Positions 19,693 to 28,654 of a DNA stretch of 64,000 nt are shown here, in pieces (within the stretch, counting starts at the first letter, position 1; each line of letters opens with the position of its first letter). Source of the stretch: Dehalococcoidia bacterium. Its GTDB lineage: Bacteria; Chloroflexota; Dehalococcoidia; Plut-88900. The stretch spans positions 864,001 through 928,000 of the forward strand of contig OZ240219.1 in assembly GCA_965197645.1 (NCBI GenBank). The letters are read 5' to 3'. The translations under genes and the position numbers were made by a program. Below the pieces are notes generated by a model. The model was not told the DNA's origin. It saw nothing but the letters and a program-made list of their open reading frames with translations, and did no database searches.

Positions 19693-20868
19693 ATGGACTT
19701 CTACTTCACCGACGAAGAGGAGCAGTTTCGGTCCGAGCTCAGGCAGTTTCTGGACGACAATCTACCCGACGATTGGCTGGGCCAGGAGCCCTACGACGAT
19801 GATGTCTGGGGTTTCACCCTGGAGATGCGGCGCAAGCTGGGCCAGAAGGGCTGGCTCGCCATGTCCTGGCCCAAGAAGTACGGCGGCCTGGAAGCATCCC
19901 CGGGCCAGAACGTCATCTTCGCTGAGGAGATGGGCTACTACCGGGCCCCCGGGCGGGACGTACAGGGAGTCGGCTTCCTGGGCCCCTGTCTCATGCACCA
20001 CGGCACCGAGGAGCAACGTCAGACCCACCTGAAGGCCATCACCGAGGGGACCGTGACCTGGTGCCAGGGCTTCAGCGAACCCGAGTCGGGCTCGGACCTA
20101 GCGTCCCTCCAGACCACGGCCGTCCTCGATGGCGACGAGTACGTCATCAACGGCCAGAAGATATGGTCCAGCGGCGCTCACCATTCCACCTGGTGTCATC
20201 TGCTGGCCCGCACCGACCCGGAGGCGCCCAAGCACCGGGGCATCACCTACTTCCTCATCGATATGAACACGCCGGGCTTCGACGTGCGACCGATCGAAGA
20301 CATGTCCGGCAAGCGCAGGTTCAACGAGATATTCCTGGACAACGTTCGGGCGCCCAAGGCCAACGTCATAGGAGAGGTGAACCGGGGCTGGTACGCCGCC
20401 ATGTCCACCCTGGACTTCGAACGGACCTATATCGACGCTTCAGCGAACGCCCGGCGGCTGGTGGAGGACCTGCGCGGCTACGCCGGCGAGACCGCCTACG
20501 ATGGCGGCCTGCTGCTGAACCGAGACTCGGTGCGGGGAACCCTTGCCGACATGGCCGTGGAAGCGGAAATATCCCGGCTGCTGTCCTACCGGGTGATGTG
20601 GATGCAGGGTCGGGGTATAATCCCCAACCACGAATCGTCTATAGCCAAGGCCTTCGGTTCCGAGATGCTGCAGCGCGCGGCAAACGCCGGAATGAGTGTC
20701 CTCGGTATGGCCGGCCAGCTGACCGAGGACTCCAAGTGGGCGCCTCTCCAGGGCATCGTGGAGCGGCTGTATCTAACGTCGGTGAGCAACACCATAGCCG
20801 GCGGCACCTCTGAGATTCAGCGGGGAATCATCGCCAGGCGGGGCATGGACCTGCCCAGGGGAACGTAG
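19693..20868 (+). CDS. Acyl-CoA dehydrogenase (alpha type)
   Basis: WCQGFSEPESGSDLA, LDFER and GGTSEIQR motifs. Confidence 0.93.
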   Translation: MDFYFTDEEEQFRSELRQFLDDNLPDDWLGQEPYDDDVWGFTLEMRRKLGQKGWLAMSWPKKYGGLEASPGQNVIFAEEMGYYRAPGRDVQGVGFLGPCLMHHGTEEQRQTHLKAITEGTVTWCQGFSEPESGSDLASLQTTAVLDGDEYVINGQKIWSSGAHHSTWCHLLARTDPEAPKHRGITYFLIDMNTPGFDVRPIEDMSGKRRFNEIFLDNVRAPKANVIGEVNRGWYAAMSTLDFERTYIDASANARRLVEDLRGYAGETAYDGGLLLNRDSVRGTLADMAVEAEISRLLSYRVMWMQGRGIIPNHESSIAKAFGSEMLQRAANAGMSVLGMAGQLTEDSKWAPLQGIVERLYLTSVSNTIAGGTSEIQRGIIARRGMDLPRGT

Positions 20869-20988
20869 AGAGAAGGCCTACCCCCCAAGTCGTCCGAAAA
20901 AGCCGACGTTGCGCTGCCGCAGGGAGGATGCCGGTCAGCCAGGGCGGGCGAGAAGGGTGCTATTCGTTATGGTGGAGGTAAATGGCTA

Positions 20989-22167
20989 ATGGACTTTCAC
21001 TTCACGCAAGAAGAACAACATTTCCGAATGGACGTGAGAGACCTCCTCGAGGCCGAGCTGCCGCATGACTGGGAAGGCGCCGACGAGTTCGGCAGGACCA
21101 ATGACGTCGCGATGGACCGGCACATGCGTCAGAAGCTGATCGAGCGCGATTGGCTGACCATGTCCTGGCCCAAAGAGTACGGAGGCCAGGACGCATCCCA
21201 CGTGAAACAGGCCATCTTCTCCGAGGAGATGAGCTATCATCGTGCGCCGGGCATGGACGGGTCCGGCCTTCATCTCCTGGCGCCCGCCCTGATGCATCAC
21301 GGCACCGAGGAGCAAAAGAAGAAGCATCTGGGGCCCATCGCACGCGGAGAGGTCGACTGGTGCCAGGGCTTCAGCGAGCCCGAGTCCGGCTCGGATCTGG
21401 CGTCCCTCAGGACGAAGGCAGAGTTGGACGGGGATGAGTATGTCATAAACGGCCAGAAGATATGGTCCAGCGGCGCCCACATGGCGGACTGGATTTTCGT
21501 CCTGGCTCGCACAGACCCCGACGCGCCCAAGCACCGGGGGATCACCTACTTCCTGGCCGATATGAAGACGCCCGGGATAACGGTGAAGCCGATAATCAAT
21601 CTGATCGGCGACCACCACTTCAACGAGATCTTCTTCGACGACGTCAGGGTGCCTGCCTCCAACATCGTGGGGGAGCTGAACCGGGGCTGGTACGTGGCCA
21701 TGACCACCCTCAACTTCGAGAGGGACGGGACATCCTACACCGCCAGGGCCCGAAAGGCCCTGGACGAGCTGGTCCCCTACGTCAAAGAGACCAGTTTCAA
21801 CGGCAGGCGTCTTTCGGACGACCCCGGTGTGAGGAACAAGCTAGCGGAGCTGGTCCTGGAGGTGGAGGTGAGCCGTCTGCTTGCCTATCGCATGGCGTGG
21901 CTGGTGGACAGGGGCGAGGTGCCGACCTATCAGGCCTCCACTACCAAGCTGGTCAGCACGGAGCTGCTTCTCCGGGTGGCCAACGCGGGCATGCAGATCC
22001 TGGGACTGTCGGGCCAGCTGGTGGAAGGGGACAAATGGGCGCCGTTGAGAGGCCGGTTCCACCGCATGTATTTGTGGAGCATCAGCGATCCGATAGCCGG
22101 CGGAACATCGGAGATACAGCGCAACATACTCGCTACACGCGGGCTGAGCCTGCCTAAAAGCACGTAG
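20989..22167 (+). CDS. Acyl-CoA dehydrogenase (alpha type)
   Basis: WCQGFSEPESGSDLA, LNFER and GGTSEIQRN motifs. Confidence 0.93.
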   Translation: MDFHFTQEEQHFRMDVRDLLEAELPHDWEGADEFGRTNDVAMDRHMRQKLIERDWLTMSWPKEYGGQDASHVKQAIFSEEMSYHRAPGMDGSGLHLLAPALMHHGTEEQKKKHLGPIARGEVDWCQGFSEPESGSDLASLRTKAELDGDEYVINGQKIWSSGAHMADWIFVLARTDPDAPKHRGITYFLADMKTPGITVKPIINLIGDHHFNEIFFDDVRVPASNIVGELNRGWYVAMTTLNFERDGTSYTARARKALDELVPYVKETSFNGRRLSDDPGVRNKLAELVLEVEVSRLLAYRMAWLVDRGEVPTYQASTTKLVSTELLLRVANAGMQILGLSGQLVEGDKWAPLRGRFHRMYLWSISDPIAGGTSEIQRNILATRGLSLPKST

Positions 22168-22180
22168 CTGGAGAGATGTC

Positions 22181-23359
22181 ATGGAATTCCGATTCACGAC
22201 CGAGGAGGAGCAGTTCAGGGGGGACCTCAAGGGGTTTCTGAAACAGGAGCTGCCCGAGGATTGGCGCTATGGCGTCATAGAGTCGTCCGAGGAAGACGTA
22301 GAGCTGGACAGGACCATGCGAAGGAAGCTGGCCCGGAAGGGCTGGCTGACCATGGGATGGCCCAAGGAGTACGGCGGACAGGACGCATCTCCCATCACCC
22401 AGTTCATCTTCAACGAGGAGATGGCCTACCATCGCGCTCCGGGCCGGGACGTCTCCGGCATCGGCATGCTGGGACCCACCCTCATGGTCCACGGCAGCGA
22501 GGAGCAGAAACGCAAGTACCTGGGTGACATCGCCCGTGGCGAGATCAACTGGTGCCAGGGCTTCAGCGAGCCCGGTTCAGGTTCCGACCTGGCATCCCTT
22601 CAGACCCGGGCCGACGAGGATGGCGACGATTACGTCATCAATGGACAGAAGATATGGACCAGCGGCGCACACCATGCCGATAGGTTCTTCATGCTCGCCC
22701 GCACCGATACCGAAGCTCCCAAGCACAGGGGCATCACCTTCTTCCTGGGTGATATGAAACAGCCCGGCATCGAGATACGTCCCATAGTCAGCATGACCGG
22801 TCGCCACAGTTTCAACGAGGTCTTCTTCGACGATGTGCGGGTATCCAAGAGAGACGTGGTGGGCGAGACGAATAGGGGTTGGTACGTGGCCATGACCCTG
22901 CTGGGATTCGAAAGGTCCATCGTCGAGTATCCTGCCGCCGCTCGAAGGGCGTTGGAAGAGCTGACCGACTTCGCCAGGGACACCCGGCGCAACGGCTCGG
23001 CCCTGATAGACGATGCCGGCGTGCGCAACAAGCTGGCGGAGATGGCGATAGAGGTGGACGTGGCCCGGCTGCTCTGCTACCGCGTGGCCTGGTTGTCCAG
23101 CCGGGGCGGTGTTCCCGACTCCGAAGGCTCCATGGCCAAGTCCTTTAGCACGGAGCTGATGCGCCGGTTGGGCCAGACCGGCATGGAGGTCATGGGCCTG
23201 TACGGCCAGCTGGGCAAGGGTTCCAAGTACGCCCCGTTGCAGGGAGGGTTCCGGCACGTCTATTTGGAGAGCGTGGGGCTCTGCATCGCCGGCGGCACGT
23301 CGGAAATTCAACGACACGTCATAGCCACCCGGGGACTGGGGCTGCCCCGGACGGGGTGA
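22181..23359 (+). CDS. Acyl-CoA dehydrogenase (alpha type)
   Basis: WCQGFSEPGSGSDLA, LGFER and GGTSEIQR motifs. Confidence 0.93.
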   Translation: MEFRFTTEEEQFRGDLKGFLKQELPEDWRYGVIESSEEDVELDRTMRRKLARKGWLTMGWPKEYGGQDASPITQFIFNEEMAYHRAPGRDVSGIGMLGPTLMVHGSEEQKRKYLGDIARGEINWCQGFSEPGSGSDLASLQTRADEDGDDYVINGQKIWTSGAHHADRFFMLARTDTEAPKHRGITFFLGDMKQPGIEIRPIVSMTGRHSFNEVFFDDVRVSKRDVVGETNRGWYVAMTLLGFERSIVEYPAAARRALEELTDFARDTRRNGSALIDDAGVRNKLAEMAIEVDVARLLCYRVAWLSSRGGVPDSEGSMAKSFSTELMRRLGQTGMEVMGLYGQLGKGSKYAPLQGGFRHVYLESVGLCIAGGTSEIQRHVIATRGLGLPRTG

Positions 23360-23533
23360 GGCACCGGGCGTAACGGTGTCGTCGGTCAGGCCAAATCATC
23401 ATCAATCGAGGTAGAGATATGAATGGGTGTGTGGTATCCTACCGAACGGCTTGAGGAAGGCCCCAACAAGAGTGTAATCCAAGACCGAATCACGCATTGC
23501 TAACGGCAACCAGGCAAACAAGGAGGTGTGGTA

Positions 23534-24667
23534 ATGGACCTAGGTCTTAGCGAAGAACAAGAGATGTTGAAGAGGACGGCTCGAGAGCTTCTGGAACGAG
23601 AGTGCCCCAAGACCCTGGTTAGGGACATGGAGGAGGACGATAAGGGATACTCCCCCGAGCTTTGGAAGCAGTTTGCCGATTCGGGATTCCTGGGGCTTCC
23701 CTTCCCAGAGCAGTACGGCGGGACCGGGTTCAGCTTCGTAGACCTGGCGATCCTGCTGGAGGAGTTCGGTAGGGCCCTTGTGCCTGGCCCCTACCTGTAT
23801 AACGTGGCCCTATCGGGCATGGCGATAGCCGATGCGGGCACCGAGGAGCAGAAGCAGGAGCATCTGCCCAAGATAGCCAGTGGCGAGTCCATCTTCACCT
23901 TCGCTCTTACCGAGCCCAGCGGCCGGTGGGACGCCGAGGGAGTGGGCTTGAGTGCGACAGCGGACGGCGATGACTTCATCCTCAACGGCGTGAAGCTGTT
24001 CATCCCCGACGCCCACGTCTCCGACCAGATGCTGGTTGTGGCCCGCACCAGCGAGTCAGACGACCCCAAAGAGGGCATCACCGTTTTTATCGTCGATACC
24101 AAGAGCGAGGGAATCAACACAGAGGTGCTCCAGACCATCGCCTCGGACAAGCAGTGCGAGGTCAACCTGGATAACGTCAGGGTGCCCCGCAGCAGCGTTC
24201 TCGGCGAGGTGGACGAGGGTTGGTCCATCGTGGAGCAGGCCCTGCGCCGCGGCGCCGTGGCCAAGTGCGCCGAGATGGTGGGCAACTCGGAGCAGGTGCT
24301 GGACATAACCGTCGAGTACGCCAAGAACCGGATACAGTTCGGGCGACCCATTGGCAGCTTCCAGGCGATCCAACACCACTGCGCCAACATGGCCACCGAC
24401 GTCGATGGCTCCCGCTTCATCACATACCAGGCCGCATGGAAGCTCTCTGAAGGGCTGCCCTGCGACAAGGAGATATCCATGGCCAAGGCTTGGGTGAGCG
24501 AGGCGTGCCGTAGGGTGGACGGGCTTGGCCACCAGGTCCACGGCGGTATCGGGTTCACCAAAGAGCACGATATGCAGCTCTTCTTCCGCCGGGCCAAGCA
24601 GGCCGAGCTCTTCTTCGGGGACGCCGACTTCCATCGAGAGAAGGTGGCCCAGGAGATCGGGCTGTAA
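23534..24667 (+). CDS. Acyl-CoA dehydrogenase (beta-subunit type)
   Basis: EEFGRALVPGP, RIQFGRPIGSFQAIQHHCA and HGGIGFTKEHD motifs; lacks the GTSE C-terminal motif. Confidence 0.9.
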   Translation: MDLGLSEEQEMLKRTARELLERECPKTLVRDMEEDDKGYSPELWKQFADSGFLGLPFPEQYGGTGFSFVDLAILLEEFGRALVPGPYLYNVALSGMAIADAGTEEQKQEHLPKIASGESIFTFALTEPSGRWDAEGVGLSATADGDDFILNGVKLFIPDAHVSDQMLVVARTSESDDPKEGITVFIVDTKSEGINTEVLQTIASDKQCEVNLDNVRVPRSSVLGEVDEGWSIVEQALRRGAVAKCAEMVGNSEQVLDITVEYAKNRIQFGRPIGSFQAIQHHCANMATDVDGSRFITYQAAWKLSEGLPCDKEISMAKAWVSEACRRVDGLGHQVHGGIGFTKEHDMQLFFRRAKQAELFFGDADFHREKVAQEIGL

Positions 24668-24695
24668 CAGACGCCGGGTCAAGTATGACGGCAAC

Positions 24696-24726
24696 AGGGG
24701 CGGCCCGATTCAATCGGGCCGCCCCT
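24696..24726. terminator. Perfect 15-bp inverted repeat, probable terminator of the ACAD operon
   Basis: AGGGGCGGCCCGATT-C-AATCGGGCCGCCCCT. Confidence 0.6.
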
Positions 24727-24808
24727 CTCTGAAACCGGGGGTTGGGCTCCCCTGCAACGGCTCGTGGATATGATACCGGCGCAAACGGAGCCTCAAGTAG
24801 GCCAAGGC

Positions 24809-25150
24809 ATGGACTGCATCTTCTGTAAGATAGCCGGCGGCGAGGTCCAGGGCGACGTTCTCCACCGGGACGACAAAGCCCTGGTGCTCAGAGACATCAA
24901 CCCCCAGGCACCCACCCACCTCCTCGTCCTTCCCATTGAGCACCTGGGGACGGTAATGGAGATAAACGAGTCCAACGCTTCCCTGATGGGGCATATGGTA
25001 CTGCTGGCCAATCGTATGGCCCGGCAGGAGGGCCTGGCCGACAAGGGCTACCGGCTGGCCATCAACTGCGGCGAAGAGGGTGGGCAGACAGTGGGGCACC
25101 TGCACATGCACGTTCTCGGCGGTAGGCAGCTCTCCGGACAGCTGGGCTGA
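24809..25150 (+). CDS. HIT family (HINT) nucleotide hydrolase
   Basis: MDCIFCKI, DINPQAPTH and HLHMH histidine triad. Confidence 0.95.
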   Translation: MDCIFCKIAGGEVQGDVLHRDDKALVLRDINPQAPTHLLVLPIEHLGTVMEINESNASLMGHMVLLANRMARQEGLADKGYRLAINCGEEGGQTVGHLHMHVLGGRQLSGQLG

Positions 25151-25187
25151 CCGGCACATCGGTCCCTTACAAGTTTTCTAATCTTCA

Positions 25188-25784
25188 ATGGTCTCCGACC
25201 CCGAGGCGCTGAGAGAGGCGATTAGCCACCTTCCCAGGGGCTTGACGGCCCACGTCGACCGCGTGGTGGACGTCGCCGTAGAGGTGGGACAACGCTTTGA
25301 GATCGATCCCGCCAGGGTGAAGGCTGCTGCTCTGCTCCACGATTTCGCTCGGCTGGTCAAGGGAGACAGGCTGCTGGAGCTTGCCGAGGAGTACGGTGTG
25401 CCCGTCACTTCCTTGGACGAGAGGATGCCGGTGTTCCTCCACGGCCCCGTCGGCGCTGAGATGGTTCGTAGAGAGCTACACGTAGAGGACGAAGAGGTGC
25501 TGCAAGCCATACGGCTTCACACCATCGGGGGCGCAGGCATGGGGCCGGTGGCGAAAGTGGTCTACCTGGCTGACAAGATCGAGCCCTCCAAGGACTCACG
25601 CTACCCATTCAACCCCGAGGTTAGGGAGCTGGCCAAGGTGGACATGGATAGGGCGATACTCAAGTTCGTCGACAACGACATATCCCGCTACATCGGTACG
25701 GGGGGTTACGTCCACCCGGCCACCATTGCGATGAGGAACGACCTTCTGACCGGCCTCGAAGCAGGGCAGGCCCTGCACCCATAA
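25188..25784 (+). CDS. yqeK: HD-domain YqeK-like symmetrical Ap4A hydrolase
   Basis: H...LLHD, LHGPVGA, AIRLHT and YLADKIEP motifs. Confidence 0.82.
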   Translation: MVSDPEALREAISHLPRGLTAHVDRVVDVAVEVGQRFEIDPARVKAAALLHDFARLVKGDRLLELAEEYGVPVTSLDERMPVFLHGPVGAEMVRRELHVEDEEVLQAIRLHTIGGAGMGPVAKVVYLADKIEPSKDSRYPFNPEVRELAKVDMDRAILKFVDNDISRYIGTGGYVHPATIAMRNDLLTGLEAGQALHP

Positions 25785-25823
25785 CATGATAGAAGAGAGA
25801 GCAGCATCTGAGTCCGTACCTGC

Positions 25824-25863
25824 GTCATTGCGAGATCCGACGAAGTCGGGTCGTGGCAATCCC
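25824..25863. repeat. REP-like palindrome (GTCATTGCGAG...GCAATC)
   Basis: Imperfect hairpin ATTGCGAGATCCGAC-GAA-GTCGGGTCGTGGCAAT. Confidence 0.5.
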
Positions 25864-25942
25864 GACAAGTCTGGCCGTTAATCCAGCAGAGCCGTTCCCT
25901 CCTATCCATCCCACAGCCCCCTGCTCCAGTGACATTATCTCG

Positions 25943-25971
25943 TTGACACCATAGAACATATATTCTATCTT
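25943..25971 (+). promoter_or_regulatory. Sigma70-type promoter overlapped by a LexA-like SOS box
   Basis: TTGACA-17 bp-TATCTT, with TAGAACATATATTCTA (25952-25967) in the spacer and -10. One mismatch from GAAC-N4-GTTC. Confidence 0.72.
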
Positions 25972-26087
25972 TCGCCTATCACATTGGATTGCTCGGCCTG
26001 CTGGTTTGCATTGGAGAGAATGGAATGGAGAGGTTCCCCATTGTCATACAGCCGTGGTCGAGATTTGTCCAACGACGGGAGGAAAGC

Positions 26088-26264
26088 ATGGGCATGTTCC
26101 CCAACGCACTGAAGAAGGGTCACTGGAAGGTGGCCGCCCTGTGTCTGCTCATCGGGATGCTGCGGGTGGCGATGAGACTCTCGCGGGAGGCGCTACTGAA
26201 ACTGGTCCGTGCTGCGAGACCGGCCAACGCATCGGAGAGGAGATCGCATGTCGGAAGGCGATAG
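26088..26264 (+). CDS. Small hypothetical protein, first gene of the phage-like operon
   Basis: GGAGG RBS; 58 aa with a hydrophobic helix; overlaps the next ORF. Confidence 0.5.
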   Translation: MGMFPNALKKGHWKVAALCLLIGMLRVAMRLSREALLKLVRAARPANASERRSHVGRR

Positions 26265-26595
26265 AGGAGATCGTCGCGACGGCCGAAAGACCGGCGCGCA
26301 CGACTTTTACGCCTCCGCGGTGAGCGAGGCCGAGCTATTGCGGCTCGATGAGGCCCAGGAGATGCAGGGCCTGGACGGCGAGATCGCCCTGTTGAGGACC
26401 AGGCTGCTCCGGCTGGCCGAAAACCAGCCGGAGGACACCGCTCTGCTCTTCCGGGGCCTGGAGCTGTTGGTCAAGGCCGTCGGTGCCAAGTACCGCCTAT
26501 CGTCCAAGTCCACAGAGGACCTGAGTACGGCGATAGAAGAGGTGTTGAAGAGCATCGGTGGGGCCATGGGACTGGAGGGTTTCAGTGGGAACTGA
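26248..26595 (+). CDS. Putative terminase small subunit-like protein
   Basis: Lies upstream of TerL; helical; HDFY...LDGEIALLRTRL resembles the (K)HG(F/L)Y...LxxEIAxLR pattern of small terminases. Confidence 0.5.
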   Translation: MSEGDRGDRRDGRKTGAHDFYASAVSEAELLRLDEAQEMQGLDGEIALLRTRLLRLAENQPEDTALLFRGLELLVKAVGAKYRLSSKSTEDLSTAIEEVLKSIGGAMGLEGFSGN

Positions 26596-26815
26596 CGGAC
26601 TGAAGCAGACCATCGCCAGATTCAAGAAGGCTCGAAGCGGGCCTGTGAAGGCAGGTGTCAACCTCAACCCCGATTCGGCCTTCGAGGCGATGCTGGACAT
26701 TCGCCTTCAGGAGCTTCGACGCCAGGTGGGAGAAGTGAGGAGCCGGGTCAACGGCCTGTTCTTCTTCGTACTCGGTGCGGCGATCGTGCAGGTTGCTCTC
26801 GGCTTCTTCGCTTAG
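26585..26815 (+). CDS. Small coiled-coil protein with C-terminal TM helix (holin/XhlA-like?)
   Basis: GTG start after GGAGGG; heptad region RLQELRRQVGEVRSRVN followed by hydrophobic LFFFVLGAAIVQVALGFFA. Confidence 0.55.
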   Translation: MGTDGLKQTIARFKKARSGPVKAGVNLNPDSAFEAMLDIRLQELRRQVGEVRSRVNGLFFFVLGAAIVQVALGFFA

Positions 26816-26820
26816 CTCAA

Positions 26821-28214
26821 ATGCCCATCAAGCATCGACTGCGGCCCTATCAGGCGGAGATCGGAGCTGCCGTACTGGACAGCGTTCTCAACAAGAGAGG
26901 GCTGACCTTTTCGGTCATCATCTCCAGGCAGGGAGGCAAGAACGAGCTTTCGGCCCAGCTGGAGGTGCTGCTCCTGACCCTGTTCATGAACATCGGTGGC
27001 AGCGCCGTGAAGGCGTCGCCTACTTTCAAGCCCCAGACGGTCAACAGCATCCTGAGGCTCAAGGAGCGGCTCGACGATGCGGGCTACGGAGGGATATGGG
27101 TGTCCGAGATGAGCTACATGGTGAGGCTAAACAGGGCACGGCAGATGTTCTTCAGCGCCGATTCGTCCAGCCACGTCGTGGGCGCCACCGCCGACGTCCT
27201 GCTGGAGATGGACGAAAGCCAGGACATCTCCAAGGAGAAGTACAACAAGGAGTTCAAGCCGATGGGGGCGGCCACCAACGTGACCACGGTCCACTTCGGC
27301 ACCGCCTGGGACGACTCAACCCTCCTGGAGGAGGTGAAGCAGTCCAACCTGGAGCTGGAACGCAAGGACCACGTACGCAGGCACTTCGAGTTCGACTGGC
27401 AGGAGGTCGCCAAACATGTGCCCGAGTACGGGAGGTACGTCGAAGGCGAACGGCAGCGGCTGGGGAAGGACCACCCACTGTTTCTGACCCAGTACGGTCT
27501 GTTGCCGCTTCACGGAGGCGGAGGTTTCCTGAACGCTGCTCAGCGAGCCCAGCTGCAGGGCGATCACCATCGCCTAAGCAGGCCGGAGGATGGAAAGGTC
27601 TACGTAGCCGGCATCGATCTGGCGGGAGAGGCCGAAGAGGGCCGGGACGCCGAGCTTCGGGCCATCAAGCCCAGGCAGGACTCGACGGTGGTGACCATCG
27701 GTGAGCTGGACTACTCCCAGGCGGCGCCCCCGGCGGATGAGCCGGCGATCAGAATAGTGGAGCATTACTGGTGGACTGGCCAACCCCACACCGAACTCTA
27801 CTCTCGCCTCGTTGACCTGCTGAAGACGGTGTGGCGATGCAGGCGTGTCGTTGTGGACGCCACGGGTGTCGGGCAGGGGTGAGCAGCTTTCTGGTCCGGG
27901 CCCTGGGATCCACCGTCGTCTCTCCCTTCGTGTTTACGTCCCAAAGCAAGTCGAAGCTGGGGTTCGATCTGCTGGCGGCCGTCAACTCGGGAAGGATGAA
28001 GATGTACCGTCCCGATGGCACGGAGGAGTACCGGCAGTTCTGGACGGAGGTTGAGAGGGCCAAGAGCTTCTACCGGGCCAATCAGACCGTCAACTTCTAC
28101 GTCGACCCCAGCGATGGTGATGACGACTTCCTGATGAGCATGGCACTGCTGGCCCAGTCGGCTGGCTACAGGCGCAGGAAGGCTTCGGGCAGGCTACGGA
28201 AGGGCTACGAGTGA
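26821..28214 (+). CDS. terL: Terminase large subunit, split by a 1-bp frameshift at 27876-27879
   Basis: Walker A SRQGGKNE, Walker B LLEMDE, nuclease motifs AGIDLAG and VVVDATGVG. The C-terminal DDFLMSMAL motif continues in another frame (27831-28214 ORF). Confidence 0.85.
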
Positions 28215-28288
28215 TGCCGGAGGGCTGAAAGGCGAAGACGAAGCAGCGAAGAGGTTAGCCGGAGTTATGGATTGCGCAGGAGAAGCAG

Positions 28289-28633
28289 ATGGATTTGCGG
28301 GAGTTCAGGGATCTGGTCGTCGAGGGCGTGGAAAGCACGGAACATTCCGCTCCCTCTCAGCCCGACCCAGGCCGAGACAGCCGCCCGGAGTTCGTTAGAT
28401 ACCGGGACGTCGGCTGCGAGGTATCGGAGTCGTGTCTCAAGTGTCCGTTGCCCCAGTGCCGCTACGACGATCCCGGCTGGCTGCGCAGGCAAATCAAGGA
28501 GAAGCGGGACCGGCAGGTGATAGAGGCCCACGAAGGAGAGGGGCTGGCGCCATCGGAGCTGGCGAAGAGATTTGGAGTGAGCCGCCGCACCATCCACCGG
28601 ATACTCAAAGCGCACAAAGGTCAAAGAAGATAG
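28289..28633 (+). CDS. Cys4 motif plus C-terminal HTH DNA-binding protein
   Basis: GCEVSESCLKCPLPQC followed by LAPSELAKRFGVSRRTIHRIL (HTH). Confidence 0.75.
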   Translation: MDLREFRDLVVEGVESTEHSAPSQPDPGRDSRPEFVRYRDVGCEVSESCLKCPLPQCRYDDPGWLRRQIKEKRDRQVIEAHEGEGLAPSELAKRFGVSRRTIHRILKAHKGQRR

Positions 28634-28654
28634 TAAAGATTTGGAGATATCACC

